Below, one piece after another: positions 17,509-27,252 of a stretch of DNA of 64,000 nucleotides. Made by a program: the position numbers and the translations under genes. Source of the stretch: Candidatus Zipacnadum vermilionense. GTDB taxonomy: Bacteria; Armatimonadota; Zipacnadia; Zipacnadales; Zipacnadaceae. The stretch lies in assembly GCA_029821755.1 (NCBI GenBank), contig JALGSV010000002.1, positions 18,591-82,590 on the forward strand. Direction: 5' to 3'. The stretch's first letter is position 1; the number at the start of each line of letters is the position of its first letter. The notes under the pieces are model-generated. The model saw nothing but the letters and a program-made list of their open reading frames with translations, was not told the DNA's origin and did not search any database.

Positions 17509-18699
17509 CTACCTCCCACCCCGCGCCAGGAAAGCCATTCTCTGCAGGTAAGCCCGCAGGAGCAGTGCCCAGTCGGCCGTGAAACCCCCGTCCGGCTCCG
17601 CCCCATACCCCTGCGCCCACGACCGTATATCCAGCGGATAGAATATGCCCAATCCGGACCCAGTTTGCTCGCTGTCGTCCGGTTCCTGCCTCCAAGCCTC
17701 CACGGTCGCGTTCTGCGCCGCCACACTCACCTGCTTGGCCAGGTCCGCCACCTCCGGCACGGTAGTCGTCTCTGCCAGCGCCTGGGCCAGCGAGGTCACG
17801 GCTACCAGCTCCCGCCGCGGCCCCCAACCCGCCGCCTCTCCCCGGGCCAGGGTCAACTCCGGCGCGAGCCCCTCCACCCGCGGCAGGGCCGTCTGCGCCA
17901 AACTCCGCAGGGCCTGCGTCAGCGCCGGCAGGCGCCCCAAGTCCACCGCTACCAGACTCGACGGTACCTCCCGCCGCTCCCCCCAAAACATTCGGGCCTG
18001 CCGCGAGGCCTCCAGGGCTAAGTCGCGGCCGCCTATCTCCGGCCGGCGAAGCAACTGTCCCAGAATGGCTCCCCACGGCAACCCCGGCGAGTACAGCAGT
18101 CCCGGCGCCGCCACCATGTATCGCGCTCGTCCCACCAGCCGATCCGCCACCTCGACGCTGCCCGAGTAACAGCAGTCCAGCGATACCAACTCAATCGGCC
18201 GGGGTTGCCCCACACCCAACGCCGCGGCCACCGTGCGAATCTCCAACCGTCCCGCCGCATTCTGCGTCTCCTGGTCCTCGGGCGCCGGCGAGACCCCATG
18301 CGCCAGGATGAGCAAAGCGTAGCGTTCTGCCGGGGCCTCCTCCCGTACCCAGCCGACAAACTCCGCCAGCGCGGGTGTCCGACCCATGTCCGCTGCCACT
18401 TCCGTAGCCGGTCCGGCCGGACCACCCATGAACACCCAGCGCCGCGCCATCTTGTGCCGGGTCTCGTCCTCCACCTGCGCCGCCACCACCACGCGGCCCG
18501 CCCCTCCGGGCGTCTCCAGAGCACGGCGCATCTGCTCCAAGTACCCCTTCGCAGCCTCCTGCAACCCCCCCCGGGCCCGCAGATAGGCCATCACCGTCCA
18601 AGCGGCCGGCTCCGACGCGCCAGATCCCGGTCCGGCCGCCGCCACCACCAGTCCCACGGCCAGCAGCAACACTCGGATTGTGTGCGCCACACCCCTCAC
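17509..18699 (-). CDS. clostripain-like cysteine peptidase (family C11), secreted
   Basis: Signal peptide. WTVMAYL N-terminal pattern, His motif LLILAHGVS and Cys motif LVSLDCCYSG at the spacing typical of C11 peptidases. Confidence 0.5.
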   Translation of the reverse strand: MRGVAHTIRVLLLAVGLVVAAAGPGSGASEPAAWTVMAYLRARGGLQEAAKGYLEQMRRALETPGGAGRVVVAAQVEDETRHKMARRWVFMGGPAGPATEVAADMGRTPALAEFVGWVREEAPAERYALLILAHGVSPAPEDQETQNAAGRLEIRTVAAALGVGQPRPIELVSLDCCYSGSVEVADRLVGRARYMVAAPGLLYSPGLPWGAILGQLLRRPEIGGRDLALEASRQARMFWGERREVPSSLVAVDLGRLPALTQALRSLAQTALPRVEGLAPELTLARGEAAGWGPRRELVAVTSLAQALAETTTVPEVADLAKQVSVAAQNATVEAWRQEPDDSEQTGSGLGIFYPLDIRSWAQGYGAEPDGGFTADWALLLRAYLQRMAFLARGGR

Positions 18700-18783
18700 T
18701 GCTGCTGCTCGCTTATCAACCGGCCCTCCCGATCTCGACTTACCGGTCGGAACTCTCCCGGCGCCAACCTGTGCCCGCCACCG

Positions 18784-20670
18784 CTACCGCCCCGGCGTAC
18801 GACGCTCGCGCCACCAGCCCCGCACACCCGTCGGCCGTCCGCCCTCTACCGCCGCCGCTGCCGGCCCGGGCGGCAGGGCCACCGTCTTGAAGCTTGTCCG
18901 CTCGCTCAGCACCCACGGCAGAGTGCGTGAGCCGCCTACCTTGCACGAAGGCTTCGTCTCCCCCGAGGTCCGACTGGCAACGACCCACCACATGGTGGTG
19001 TCTCCCGGGAAGATGAAGTCGTTGAAGGTGTACCGTAGCAGCGTCTGCCCCGTCGCCGCCGTGCGCGTGGGGCTCGCCGTTACCAGTTGCGTCAACTCCC
19101 GGTCGAGATAGACCTGCACCTGGTATTGGTCCGCGCCCCGTGACGGCATCCATTCAAAGGTAGCTGCCTGGGGATTAACGGTGGTGCTTCCCAGTGGGCG
19201 CTGCTGCACCGCCGGCAGCGAATAGGTTACTGGCGGCGTAGCCGGGCTGGGGTTGCCCAGCGCGTCCGGCGGATCTACGGCGAAGGTAACGGCGATGAAC
19301 TCCTGCTGGGGATTGGGCAATATCGGTCGCCACGGGTCTACCAGCCGCCGCACCTTGTAGTAGTAGGTGTTGCCCGCTACCAGTTCGGCGTGGTTGTACG
19401 TCGCGGTCAGGGTGCCGGTCTCCTGCTCCCCGGCTCGGCTGAAGAAATCGAAGGATATGTCGGAGGTGATGCCCACCTGTCGGTCCTGCGTGTCCTCGTA
19501 GTAGTTCAGATGCGCGTCCGGAACGATCGCCACCAGCGGCCCGCCGTCCAGCGTGCCGTCGCCCATAGCGGTAGCGTCGGCGACAAAGCCGGCGCTACGC
19601 CCTCGGTAGAACAGGAAGGCGTGCGTGTGTTCGGGGTCTGGGTTGAGGTTGCGGGAAATGTTCACCCGGATAACCGGCGTGGACCCCGGGAACTCCTGCG
19701 ACACCAGGGCACCGACCACGGGCGGGGTGATGTTCTGGTTGCCGGTGGCGGTAGCGACGATCCCGAGGATCAGAGCTCCCGCGGCCAACAAGCGCAGGCT
19801 CGAAGTGGTCTTGTGCCCCTTCTGGATGGACTTGACCTCCGAGGGCGGGCTGTACAGCACGTAGACCCGGTCCCCAATGCGCGGGGTCCTACCGCTGACG
19901 ACCTTCGCCTGCGAGAGACGCACCTGCACTCCCGTCAACTCGATCACGCCCAGCGGGCGCATGACCGTCTGCTCCAGGCTGCGATCCCAGTAACCCCGCA
20001 TGACCAACAGCCGGGTACCTGCCCCCACTCCGTCGTTAATGCCCAGATCCGTCGTAATGACGCCCTGGTCATCGACCAGATAGATGCTGCCATGGCGAAT
20101 CCGCGTTCGCTCCATCTCGGCGACCGCCGCTTCCGCTACCTGGCGCAGCGCCTCGTTTATGACCGGGACCAAGTCTCCATTGAACCCGGGAATCGCCTTG
20201 GTGTTGACCTGCACGGCCGCGCCACTTAGCACCGCTCGGATAGGGATGTTGTAGGCGCGCAAGTCCATGGCCACGCTTACCGCCCCATTGCTCCCGTCGG
20301 GTGCTAGCTTGGTGAGAGTAGCCGTGACCACCACATCTGCCTGCAGGTCCTGGCCCACCCGCAACTGCATGCTCTCATTCAGCGGGGGAGTCATATCCTG
20401 CGCCGTGAGTTCGCGCTGCAAGTCTGCCTTGGAGATGACGCGATAACTCCTGGAGTCTTCGAGGGCGAGGGCCAGCGCGTCGGTAGCCTTGGCGCCGATC
20501 ATCGGATCACGCCCGCCGGTCGCGTCCGTCACCGGAATGACGACGGCAGCCGTGACCTCCCGGGCCTGGGCACAGGCCGGCGTCAGATAAACGCGTACTG
20601 ACGAGGTCATGAGAGCTACAACGAGTAGTGACAGCGACCAGTACAGCGGGCGACAGCGTAGTATGTGCAT
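18784..20670 (-). CDS. single-pass membrane protein, paralog of 9779..10840 (LpoB/TolB-N-like N-domain, TM, FN3-like C-terminal region)
   Basis: Signal peptide; AAVVIPVTDATGG...DVVVTATL pattern matching the paralog; TM helix LRLLAAGALILGIVATA. GGGAGGGAG lies ~10 nt upstream of ATG. Confidence 0.5.
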   Translation of the reverse strand: MHILRCRPLYWSLSLLVVALMTSSVRVYLTPACAQAREVTAAVVIPVTDATGGRDPMIGAKATDALALALEDSRSYRVISKADLQRELTAQDMTPPLNESMQLRVGQDLQADVVVTATLTKLAPDGSNGAVSVAMDLRAYNIPIRAVLSGAAVQVNTKAIPGFNGDLVPVINEALRQVAEAAVAEMERTRIRHGSIYLVDDQGVITTDLGINDGVGAGTRLLVMRGYWDRSLEQTVMRPLGVIELTGVQVRLSQAKVVSGRTPRIGDRVYVLYSPPSEVKSIQKGHKTTSSLRLLAAGALILGIVATATGNQNITPPVVGALVSQEFPGSTPVIRVNISRNLNPDPEHTHAFLFYRGRSAGFVADATAMGDGTLDGGPLVAIVPDAHLNYYEDTQDRQVGITSDISFDFFSRAGEQETGTLTATYNHAELVAGNTYYYKVRRLVDPWRPILPNPQQEFIAVTFAVDPPDALGNPSPATPPVTYSLPAVQQRPLGSTTVNPQAATFEWMPSRGADQYQVQVYLDRELTQLVTASPTRTAATGQTLLRYTFNDFIFPGDTTMWWVVASRTSGETKPSCKVGGSRTLPWVLSERTSFKTVALPPGPAAAAVEGGRPTGVRGWWRERRTPGR

Positions 20671-20933
20671 TGCCTTGGATCTCCCTCCCGGCGGGACCGT
20701 TGCAGAATCTCGGCGCTTTCGCGCCTGCGCTCGGGACCGGGCTTATGCCCGGACCCCGGCGCTTCCCCCGTTGCCGGAGGAAAACGTGAACGTGCGTCCT
20801 CTCCACGGGCCCAGGCGCTTCTCTCCACCCCCGGCTGCCAGCCCTGCCCCGTGGACCCCTCCACACAACGCTCGTCAGTATAACACAGCCCTCGGGGCGG
20901 CTGCAACGACTCCTTCGGCGCGGCGCGCCCTGT

Positions 20934-23900
20934 CTACCTCCCCAGCCACACGCCGGTCACCGCCTGCGCGACTTGGCCCTCCGGCGTCTGCGCCTTCACG
21001 GTTACCAGGTAACGCCCCGCGGGCGCCGCCGACCCCGCGCCGTTCCGCCCGTTCCAGGTCAGCGTTTGCACGCCCGCCCCCTGCGGCAGGGAGCTTACCA
21101 GCCGGCGCACCACCACACCACTTAGATTGCGGATCTCGACCGTCACCGCCGATTCGGCGCCCAGCGTGTAGCACAAGCTTACCCGACCGGCGCCCGGCGT
21201 CGCGCTCAGCGCGGAGACCACCGCCGTCCCCGGCTCGGAGACGACCGCTGTGATCTTGAAGCGCCGCTCGCCCTCCTGGGCGGTGAACCGGTATCCCGCG
21301 CTGGTGCGCATGTACACGCGCTGCCCGGTGGCGAGGTCCTCCAGCACTGGCCGCACCTCGTTAGGCAGCAGGGACAGATCCGGCCAGCCCACCACCACCT
21401 GCGCACCCTTCTGGTTGGTCTGCACCGAGACCACCCAGCTCTGCCGCGCCGCCGCCGCGCGCATGTCCACGGCCAGCGGGCCCGGTGCGCCGTCCTTGAC
21501 CAGCGCTGCGTAGATGTAGGGCTGGAAGTCCACCGCGGGCGGCTTCAACTGGTCCGTGAGGCTGTTGTAGGTCGCCTTGCCCTGGGCCGAGACGCCCAGG
21601 ATCGTCGCCTCATCTGCGCAGCCCGCGCCGCGCACCGTCAGCGGCAGCAGCCAGCCTCCGGCCGGGGCGTCCATCCCCCACCGCGCCCGCACCGCGCTCG
21701 TCGCCGGCCCGCTCTCCACCGACAGCCCGCCGGTCGCCGCGCTCACCCACAGGGTCAGCGGCTCACCTGCCCGCAGCCAGTACCCCACCCACGGGTTCAT
21801 CGTCGAAACCATCCGGTAGCCGCCCAGCACATAGGCGAACAGCGTTCCCTGGAGCTTGGGTGGGCTGGAGGTGATGGCCTGCTGCAGAGACATCATCACG
21901 TGGTTCTCATCCTCAACCTGCACCGTCCCAAAGTCGATCTGCTGGTCGAAGGGATCGCCAATAATGTTGAAGCCGGCCTTGACGTGAATCGGGTACGGAT
22001 CGCCACCTGGGGTCCCCGCCCGTGTCAGGTCAACCCGTGCCGGCAGATTCAGCCAGTATCCACTCCCCAGCCGGAAGTGATCGGCCGGTGCCTGCGGATA
22101 CAACGCATACCGGTTAGCCTGCGGCAGCCACGTCGCTAGCATCAACCCGCCACCGCCCTGCCCGAGCAGCCGAGCCGGGTCGTTGACGTCCACCCCACCC
22201 ACTTCCCGGGTGGGATAGTCGTAGGGCATCGATATCAGCGACAGGCCGGCAGCGAACGTGTGTAGGGAGGACAGCGTGAAGTTGACGCTCGTCGTCTCTC
22301 GCTCGGTGACCACGGTTACCGTCCGACTCGGTGGGGTGATCGTGAAGCCCGGGGCCTCCGGCACCACATCGACGACCCCGGCGGGGGCGGACGGGAACCG
22401 ATAGTTGTACGGATCGCCCACCGCGGGAGTGGTGAACTGCGGGTCTGACTGCACCGCCGGCACCACGTCCACCCCGTTGACGCGCAGATGGACGGTGACC
22501 CCCCCGATGGGGGTCCCGCTCGCAGCGCTAACGATCTTCCCGCTCAGTGAACCGTCCGCCTCGGGCGAGAGCGTAATCGTCACCTGCGTGATGCCGGACG
22601 GCATAACCACTTGCCCGGCTTGGGAGCCCACCCCGAATCCTGGCGCCGAGGCCGTCACGGTATAGGTGCCGGCCGGTACCTCCCGCGTGACCCTACCGTT
22701 GCCGTCGGTCACCCCCGAGGCCACCACCGTCGTGCCTTGCAACACCTGCACGGTCGCGCCGGCCAGCGGCTCTGGGCCGAGCGTTCCGGGGCGCTGCACG
22801 GTGATCTCTAGGTTACCAGGCGCCGCACCGAGCTGGAAGTCCGCCCGGGTGCTAGTGCTGGACGTCACGTCCACCATCTGCTCGGCGGTCCCGTAGCCGA
22901 TGTCGGTGCCGTCCGCCTCCGCGATATACGTCCCCGGCGGCACTCCTATTGCGTACGTCCCGTCGGCTGCGGTGGTGGTGGAGCCTACCTCGTCACCCCG
23001 CACAAACCCGGTTGCCGGCGGAGTAGCGGCCACTGCCTGGTAAATGGTGATCTTGACGTTCCCCAGCACCTGCCCCGTAGCCTGCGCGGTGACCGTGCCG
23101 GAAATCGCCCCCGGCGGCGCCGCGTTGAGGACGAAGTCCACGACATCGGGAGCCTTTGCGGCATGTGCCAGGTGGACCCCGGCGTCCCGCGCCAGTTGGT
23201 ACTGCGGATGGAAGGCCTCTAACAGGTAGTTGCCGGGCGCCACGCCATTCATGACGTAGGTGCCGTCACTCTGGCAGCGCACCGCGTACTTGACCTCCCC
23301 GCCTTGCAGGGCCCGGACGATGGGACTGGGATTCTGAATTGGCTGCCCGTCCATCGCCAGTACGCGTCCCTGGAAGCTGCCGGTCGTCATCCAGATGTAG
23401 GAGTTAGTTAGCAGACGTGACCGGTGGTTGGCGCAGTGCGCCCCGGCCCCTGGCGCGTGGTACCCACGGTGGATCTGCTCAAAGCCAAAGGCCAGGTAGA
23501 CCAGTTGCGCGCCGTTCGTCACGTCCTGGAAATGCAGGCCGCCCGCCGGCCCGTCATAGGCGAAGTCCCCCTCCGCGTTGTACCCGTACAGCTTCACCGC
23601 CGGCGCCAGCACTGTGATCGCGTCCGGGAAGTAGGAGTTGTTGGCCGCATCCTGCTTCCACCCATCGGCCACGTCGTTGGTCACCCGGGGCGTCTCCATG
23701 TTCACCGGCGCGTCTTCCGCGTCGTAGCCGCCGCCCCAGATCGGCCCGGCCACCGGGTCGGTGGCCTGTCCGCCCAGGGTGAAGCCGTAACCCATCGCCC
23801 TGTCGGTGACGAAGTTGGCGTGCAGCGTGTTGGTGAAGAAGGTGTTGGCAGTGGTCCCATTGAGCGTCAAGGCCCAGCCGATGTCCTGACCGCTCACGAA

Positions 23901-25892
23901 CAGCTTCCCGCCCGTGCTCATGTAGTTGGACAAGTCGGCCTGCACCGCCGGGTCCACTAGGGAGCCGGAGTTGCTCGGTACCCAGACATTCCCGGTGTGC
24001 GGAGCAGCCCAGACGATCATATGCTCCGACACCGGCACCCGCCGTGTAGGTTGCGCGTCCGTCGGATCACTGGCCTGGGCCTCTGGGTCGAGCTGGAACT
24101 CGATGGTGGGCTTGTAGATCGAGTAGACGGTAGCGGGGACGCGCCCCCGGCAGATCACCCGCCAGGTGTCATATGACAGGCCGAAGAACCCGGCGATGGA
24201 GTCCGAGCTAATGGTGCCGCGCGCGGTCTGCTCGAAGCCCGGATTAGACCGGTAGTAGCTCTCCACCGGGAACCCGACCGGGATGGTGCTGTTGTCACCC
24301 AGGCGCGAGATGAACTTCTGCCCCTCGCAGTAGTCGTCCACGAACAGGACGCGCCCGGTCGGGGTGAACTCCCGGGTACTGAAACCGAACAGCGAGTCGT
24401 ACCGCAGGCTGTTGCCCACGTTATCCGACGCCTCAATATCGATGATGTAGTCGTGGGGCGCTAGCTCAGTGGTGAAGGTGCCCGCGTACGTCCCGTCCCC
24501 CTCGGGGTCCGTCAACTCCACCGTGCCCACGATGACCGATTCCATTTCCAGCCACCGGTTTCCCTCGGTGAAGCCGCTGTCAAAGACCAAACCGGTGCTC
24601 ACCGCATAGAGCTTGCGGTCGGGGTCGTGCAGAATGGCCGTGACCTGCCGCACGCCACTGCCGGCATCCGAGACCGGGACACTGATCTGCACGTCCGCGC
24701 CGGGAGCCGGAAGCCGGTTGTCCACCCGGGGGATCTCTCCCAGCCGCGGCGGCAGGACGTCGGCCAGCATGTGAGAGTACAGGTCGATATTGTCGCGGGA
24801 GGGGCTGGTCTTGTCGGACTCGTAGACCACCCGCAACTCTTGCCGGTCCAGCGGGACGCTGATCGTGGGGTTAGTGTTGCTGAAGGTGTCGCTGGGGTCG
24901 GCCTGGGCGCTGAGCATGGCCGGGGAGCCCGTCGTCTCGCCCACGTCGGACATGCGCCAGATGTTGAAGTTGTGGATGCTGTCTCCGGCCCCGGTATACC
25001 GGTCGGAGGCAAAGGCGAGGGTGGCTGCGGTGCTCTGCCAGGAGGGCTGCTTGTCGTTCGCGCCAGCGTCCCCGCCCCCGTCGGACAGGGCCGTCGCGAC
25101 CGTCCCCTGGTCGTCTATCTGGTAGACGCGCGTGACGCTGCCCATGCGCGCGGTGTAGGCGATCAGATTGGAGTTCGGCTCCCAGGCCGGGTCACTGGCC
25201 CCGAGGCCCGAGGTGAGCTGCACCGGCGCGCCCGAGCCGTCCGAGCGCCCCTTGTAGACCTGCCGCGTGCCGGAGGCGTCGGAGTCGAAGGCAATCCAGT
25301 TCTCATCCGGAGACCAGGTGGGATGCCGCTTGTTGCCGGCCCCCGTTGTCACCTGTCGCACCGTGCTGGTGGCAATCTCAAAGATGTAGATCTGGTAGGT
25401 GCCGCTCTGGTCGTTCGCGAAAGCGAACATGTTCCGGCTGGGGTCGTAGGACGGCTCGCGGGAGTCCCCGGGGAGATCGGCGATCTGAATCTGCTCGGTC
25501 CCATCCGGCCGCATGATCCAGAGGGTGTAGTGGGCGTTGGCCGGGAGGGTCGGGTCGATGCGGCCGTTGCCATCGGCGTCCACGCCGTTGGAGGCGAAGC
25601 CGATGCGGTTGGTAGTGCCGCTGACCCACGCCGTCGGGTCTACCTGATCACTATCCGGGGTGTTGAAGGTGAGGTTGGCGTCCGGGGCCGCCTGCTGGGC
25701 GCGCACCGCCGCCGGCAGAGGCGGTAAAGCAGTGGTGATGACTGGCCGTCCCCCGCCCGGCCCGCTCCAGCCCGCACTGGTCGCACCAGGCAGCGCGACG
25801 CCTACGGCGGCCACGGCGAGGATGAGAGCGGAAACGATCAGGAAATAAACAAGAACCGCACGTCGACGGTGGCCCTTGCGCAACACTATCAC
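20934..25892 (-). CDS. giant secreted protein (1652 aa): TolB-like beta-propeller (PD40 repeats), carboxypeptidase-regulatory-like domains, shared C-terminal modules, FlgD-Ig-like CTD
   Basis: PD40-like repeats (IAFDSDASGTRQVY, LIAYTARMGSVTRVYQ). CarboxypepD_reg-like segments (GTYTVTASAPGF, GNYLLEAFHPQY). The C-terminal 450 aa are paralogous to 11194 and 14098. GTG start region with AAGGAG. Confidence 0.6.
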   Translation of the reverse strand: MIVLRKGHRRRAVLVYFLIVSALILAVAAVGVALPGATSAGWSGPGGGRPVITTALPPLPAAVRAQQAAPDANLTFNTPDSDQVDPTAWVSGTTNRIGFASNGVDADGNGRIDPTLPANAHYTLWIMRPDGTEQIQIADLPGDSREPSYDPSRNMFAFANDQSGTYQIYIFEIATSTVRQVTTGAGNKRHPTWSPDENWIAFDSDASGTRQVYKGRSDGSGAPVQLTSGLGASDPAWEPNSNLIAYTARMGSVTRVYQIDDQGTVATALSDGGGDAGANDKQPSWQSTAATLAFASDRYTGAGDSIHNFNIWRMSDVGETTGSPAMLSAQADPSDTFSNTNPTISVPLDRQELRVVYESDKTSPSRDNIDLYSHMLADVLPPRLGEIPRVDNRLPAPGADVQISVPVSDAGSGVRQVTAILHDPDRKLYAVSTGLVFDSGFTEGNRWLEMESVIVGTVELTDPEGDGTYAGTFTTELAPHDYIIDIEASDNVGNSLRYDSLFGFSTREFTPTGRVLFVDDYCEGQKFISRLGDNSTIPVGFPVESYYRSNPGFEQTARGTISSDSIAGFFGLSYDTWRVICRGRVPATVYSIYKPTIEFQLDPEAQASDPTDAQPTRRVPVSEHMIVWAAPHTGNVWVPSNSGSLVDPAVQADLSNYMSTGGKLFVSGQDIGWALTLNGTTANTFFTNTLHANFVTDRAMGYGFTLGGQATDPVAGPIWGGGYDAEDAPVNMETPRVTNDVADGWKQDAANNSYFPDAITVLAPAVKLYGYNAEGDFAYDGPAGGLHFQDVTNGAQLVYLAFGFEQIHRGYHAPGAGAHCANHRSRLLTNSYIWMTTGSFQGRVLAMDGQPIQNPSPIVRALQGGEVKYAVRCQSDGTYVMNGVAPGNYLLEAFHPQYQLARDAGVHLAHAAKAPDVVDFVLNAAPPGAISGTVTAQATGQVLGNVKITIYQAVAATPPATGFVRGDEVGSTTTAADGTYAIGVPPGTYIAEADGTDIGYGTAEQMVDVTSSTSTRADFQLGAAPGNLEITVQRPGTLGPEPLAGATVQVLQGTTVVASGVTDGNGRVTREVPAGTYTVTASAPGFGVGSQAGQVVMPSGITQVTITLSPEADGSLSGKIVSAASGTPIGGVTVHLRVNGVDVVPAVQSDPQFTTPAVGDPYNYRFPSAPAGVVDVVPEAPGFTITPPSRTVTVVTERETTSVNFTLSSLHTFAAGLSLISMPYDYPTREVGGVDVNDPARLLGQGGGGLMLATWLPQANRYALYPQAPADHFRLGSGYWLNLPARVDLTRAGTPGGDPYPIHVKAGFNIIGDPFDQQIDFGTVQVEDENHVMMSLQQAITSSPPKLQGTLFAYVLGGYRMVSTMNPWVGYWLRAGEPLTLWVSAATGGLSVESGPATSAVRARWGMDAPAGGWLLPLTVRGAGCADEATILGVSAQGKATYNSLTDQLKPPAVDFQPYIYAALVKDGAPGPLAVDMRAAAARQSWVVSVQTNQKGAQVVVGWPDLSLLPNEVRPVLEDLATGQRVYMRTSAGYRFTAQEGERRFKITAVVSEPGTAVVSALSATPGAGRVSLCYTLGAESAVTVEIRNLSGVVVRRLVSSLPQGAGVQTLTWNGRNGAGSAAPAGRYLVTVKAQTPEGQVAQAVTGVWLGR

Positions 25893-26023
25893 TCCTTGGC
25901 GGTTACGTTAGCTGCTGCGATGTAGAGTAGACCAGACCGGGCGTTCTCCCCCGAATCCGTTTCCGCAGGACACGGCCACATCCAGCCGGCCTGCGAACCC
26001 GCCAGCCCAGTGTCGCGGTCTGG

Positions 26024-26052
26024 AGTATAGCACAGGAAACCTGCAATGGCAA
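26024..26052 (-). promoter_or_regulatory. putative sigma70-type promoter (TTGCCA-N17-TATACT) upstream of the 20934..25892 gene
   Basis: Hexamers read on the minus strand about 130 nt upstream of the start codon. Confidence 0.3.
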
Positions 26053-26236
26053 GTCAAACAGCAAGCCTATCACACTTCAAACTAGAGAGCGCACCGGCAA
26101 GAATCCCGGCCTTTCGTGAGGGCAGATGTTTCGCGGAGTCTATCCCGCGGAAGATCCAGTCGCCCCAGTTCGACCTCCGCCCTCGACCCCACCCTCCCCG
26201 TCCGCAGTCTGAGGTCTGAAACATTGGGGCTAAGCC

Positions 26237-27097
26237 CTACTCCCGACACACAATCAGCGTCCCCGGCACGTCGCGCTGTACGCCGCTGCAAATCCAGATG
26301 TTGATCCCCTGCTTCACGGCGAACTGCACGGCTTCCTTCTGAATGACCTGCGGGAAGGGGTCCCAGGAGAAGAGGTCGGAGGCGCGTACCTCAGACAACT
26401 TGACGGCTTCCTCATGAACCCGCGGGTCCTTGTCGTAGACCCCGTCCACGTCGGAGAACATGGTGGTCTCTTCCTCACCCAGTGCCGCCGCCAGGGCCAC
26501 CGCCGTTAGGTTCGATCCGCCCCGCCCCAGAATGGAGGTCTCATCCCGCCCCGTCTCCTTGTCGTAGTAATAGCCCTGAAATCCCGCCACCACGGGCACG
26601 ATCTCCATCTCGATCAGGTCCAACAGGTGGGCCTTGTTCACGCTATCCATCAGGGCACCGATGGGCGTCGGGGTAGTGACCAGGCCGGCCTCGCGCCCAG
26701 TCATGGACCGCGCCCGGCAGCCGAGGTCCTCCAGAACGATGGCCAGGGAGGAATTGGCCCGCAACTCCCCGCTCATCAGCAGGCGGGCGTACTCGCGGGG
26801 GGCGGGACTGGAGGACAGCGCGGCAGCCAGTTGCTCCAGCTTGTCGGTCGCCCAGTCAAAGGCTGAGACTACAACTACCGGCACCATGCCCTGGTCACGC
26901 AGGGGGAGGATGAACTTGCGCGCTACCTCGTGGAGTCGCTGGGCGCGGGCGATGTTCCGCCGCTGCGCCAACAGGCGGTAGATATCGTTGGCGGAATTCT
27001 GACGCTTGCACTCCTCCAGTAACCGCTCCTCATCCGGGCCGTAGCGCTGGTGACCTTGCAGGGTCAATCCGCCGAATTTCAACACAGGGGTCCGCAA
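26237..27097 (-). CDS. amino-acid kinase family protein, aspartokinase-like catalytic domain without ACT domains
   Basis: VLKFGGLTL N-terminus and VVVVSAFDWATDKLEQLA resembling the aspartate kinase pattern VVVVSAM-G-T--L. Only ~290 aa, with no regulatory ACT region. Probable TTG start with GAGGGAGG upstream. Confidence 0.5.
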   Translation of the reverse strand: MRTPVLKFGGLTLQGHQRYGPDEERLLEECKRQNSANDIYRLLAQRRNIARAQRLHEVARKFILPLRDQGMVPVVVVSAFDWATDKLEQLAAALSSSPAPREYARLLMSGELRANSSLAIVLEDLGCRARSMTGREAGLVTTPTPIGALMDSVNKAHLLDLIEMEIVPVVAGFQGYYYDKETGRDETSILGRGGSNLTAVALAAALGEEETTMFSDVDGVYDKDPRVHEEAVKLSEVRASDLFSWDPFPQVIQKEAVQFAVKQGINIWICSGVQRDVPGTLIVCRE

Positions 27098-27252
27098 GGC
27101 AGCCGCACCTCCCTCTCGACCAACCCGCAACTATCGCCGATGGTATGATTGCTCCGAACAGAGACCATGAAGGAACCCAGTTCCTCTCCCGACCTTAGTT
27201 CTCCTCTCTCCTCCCCTCCACCTTTCTTACTACCTGCTGTCCCGACTGCCTT

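Noticed and set aside
17393-18076. 227-aa Gly/Ala-rich minus-strand ORF and other overlapping small ORFs inside the C11 peptidase region
   Set aside because: Low-complexity alternative-frame translations of a high-GC coding region; the C11 frame carries the catalytic motifs.
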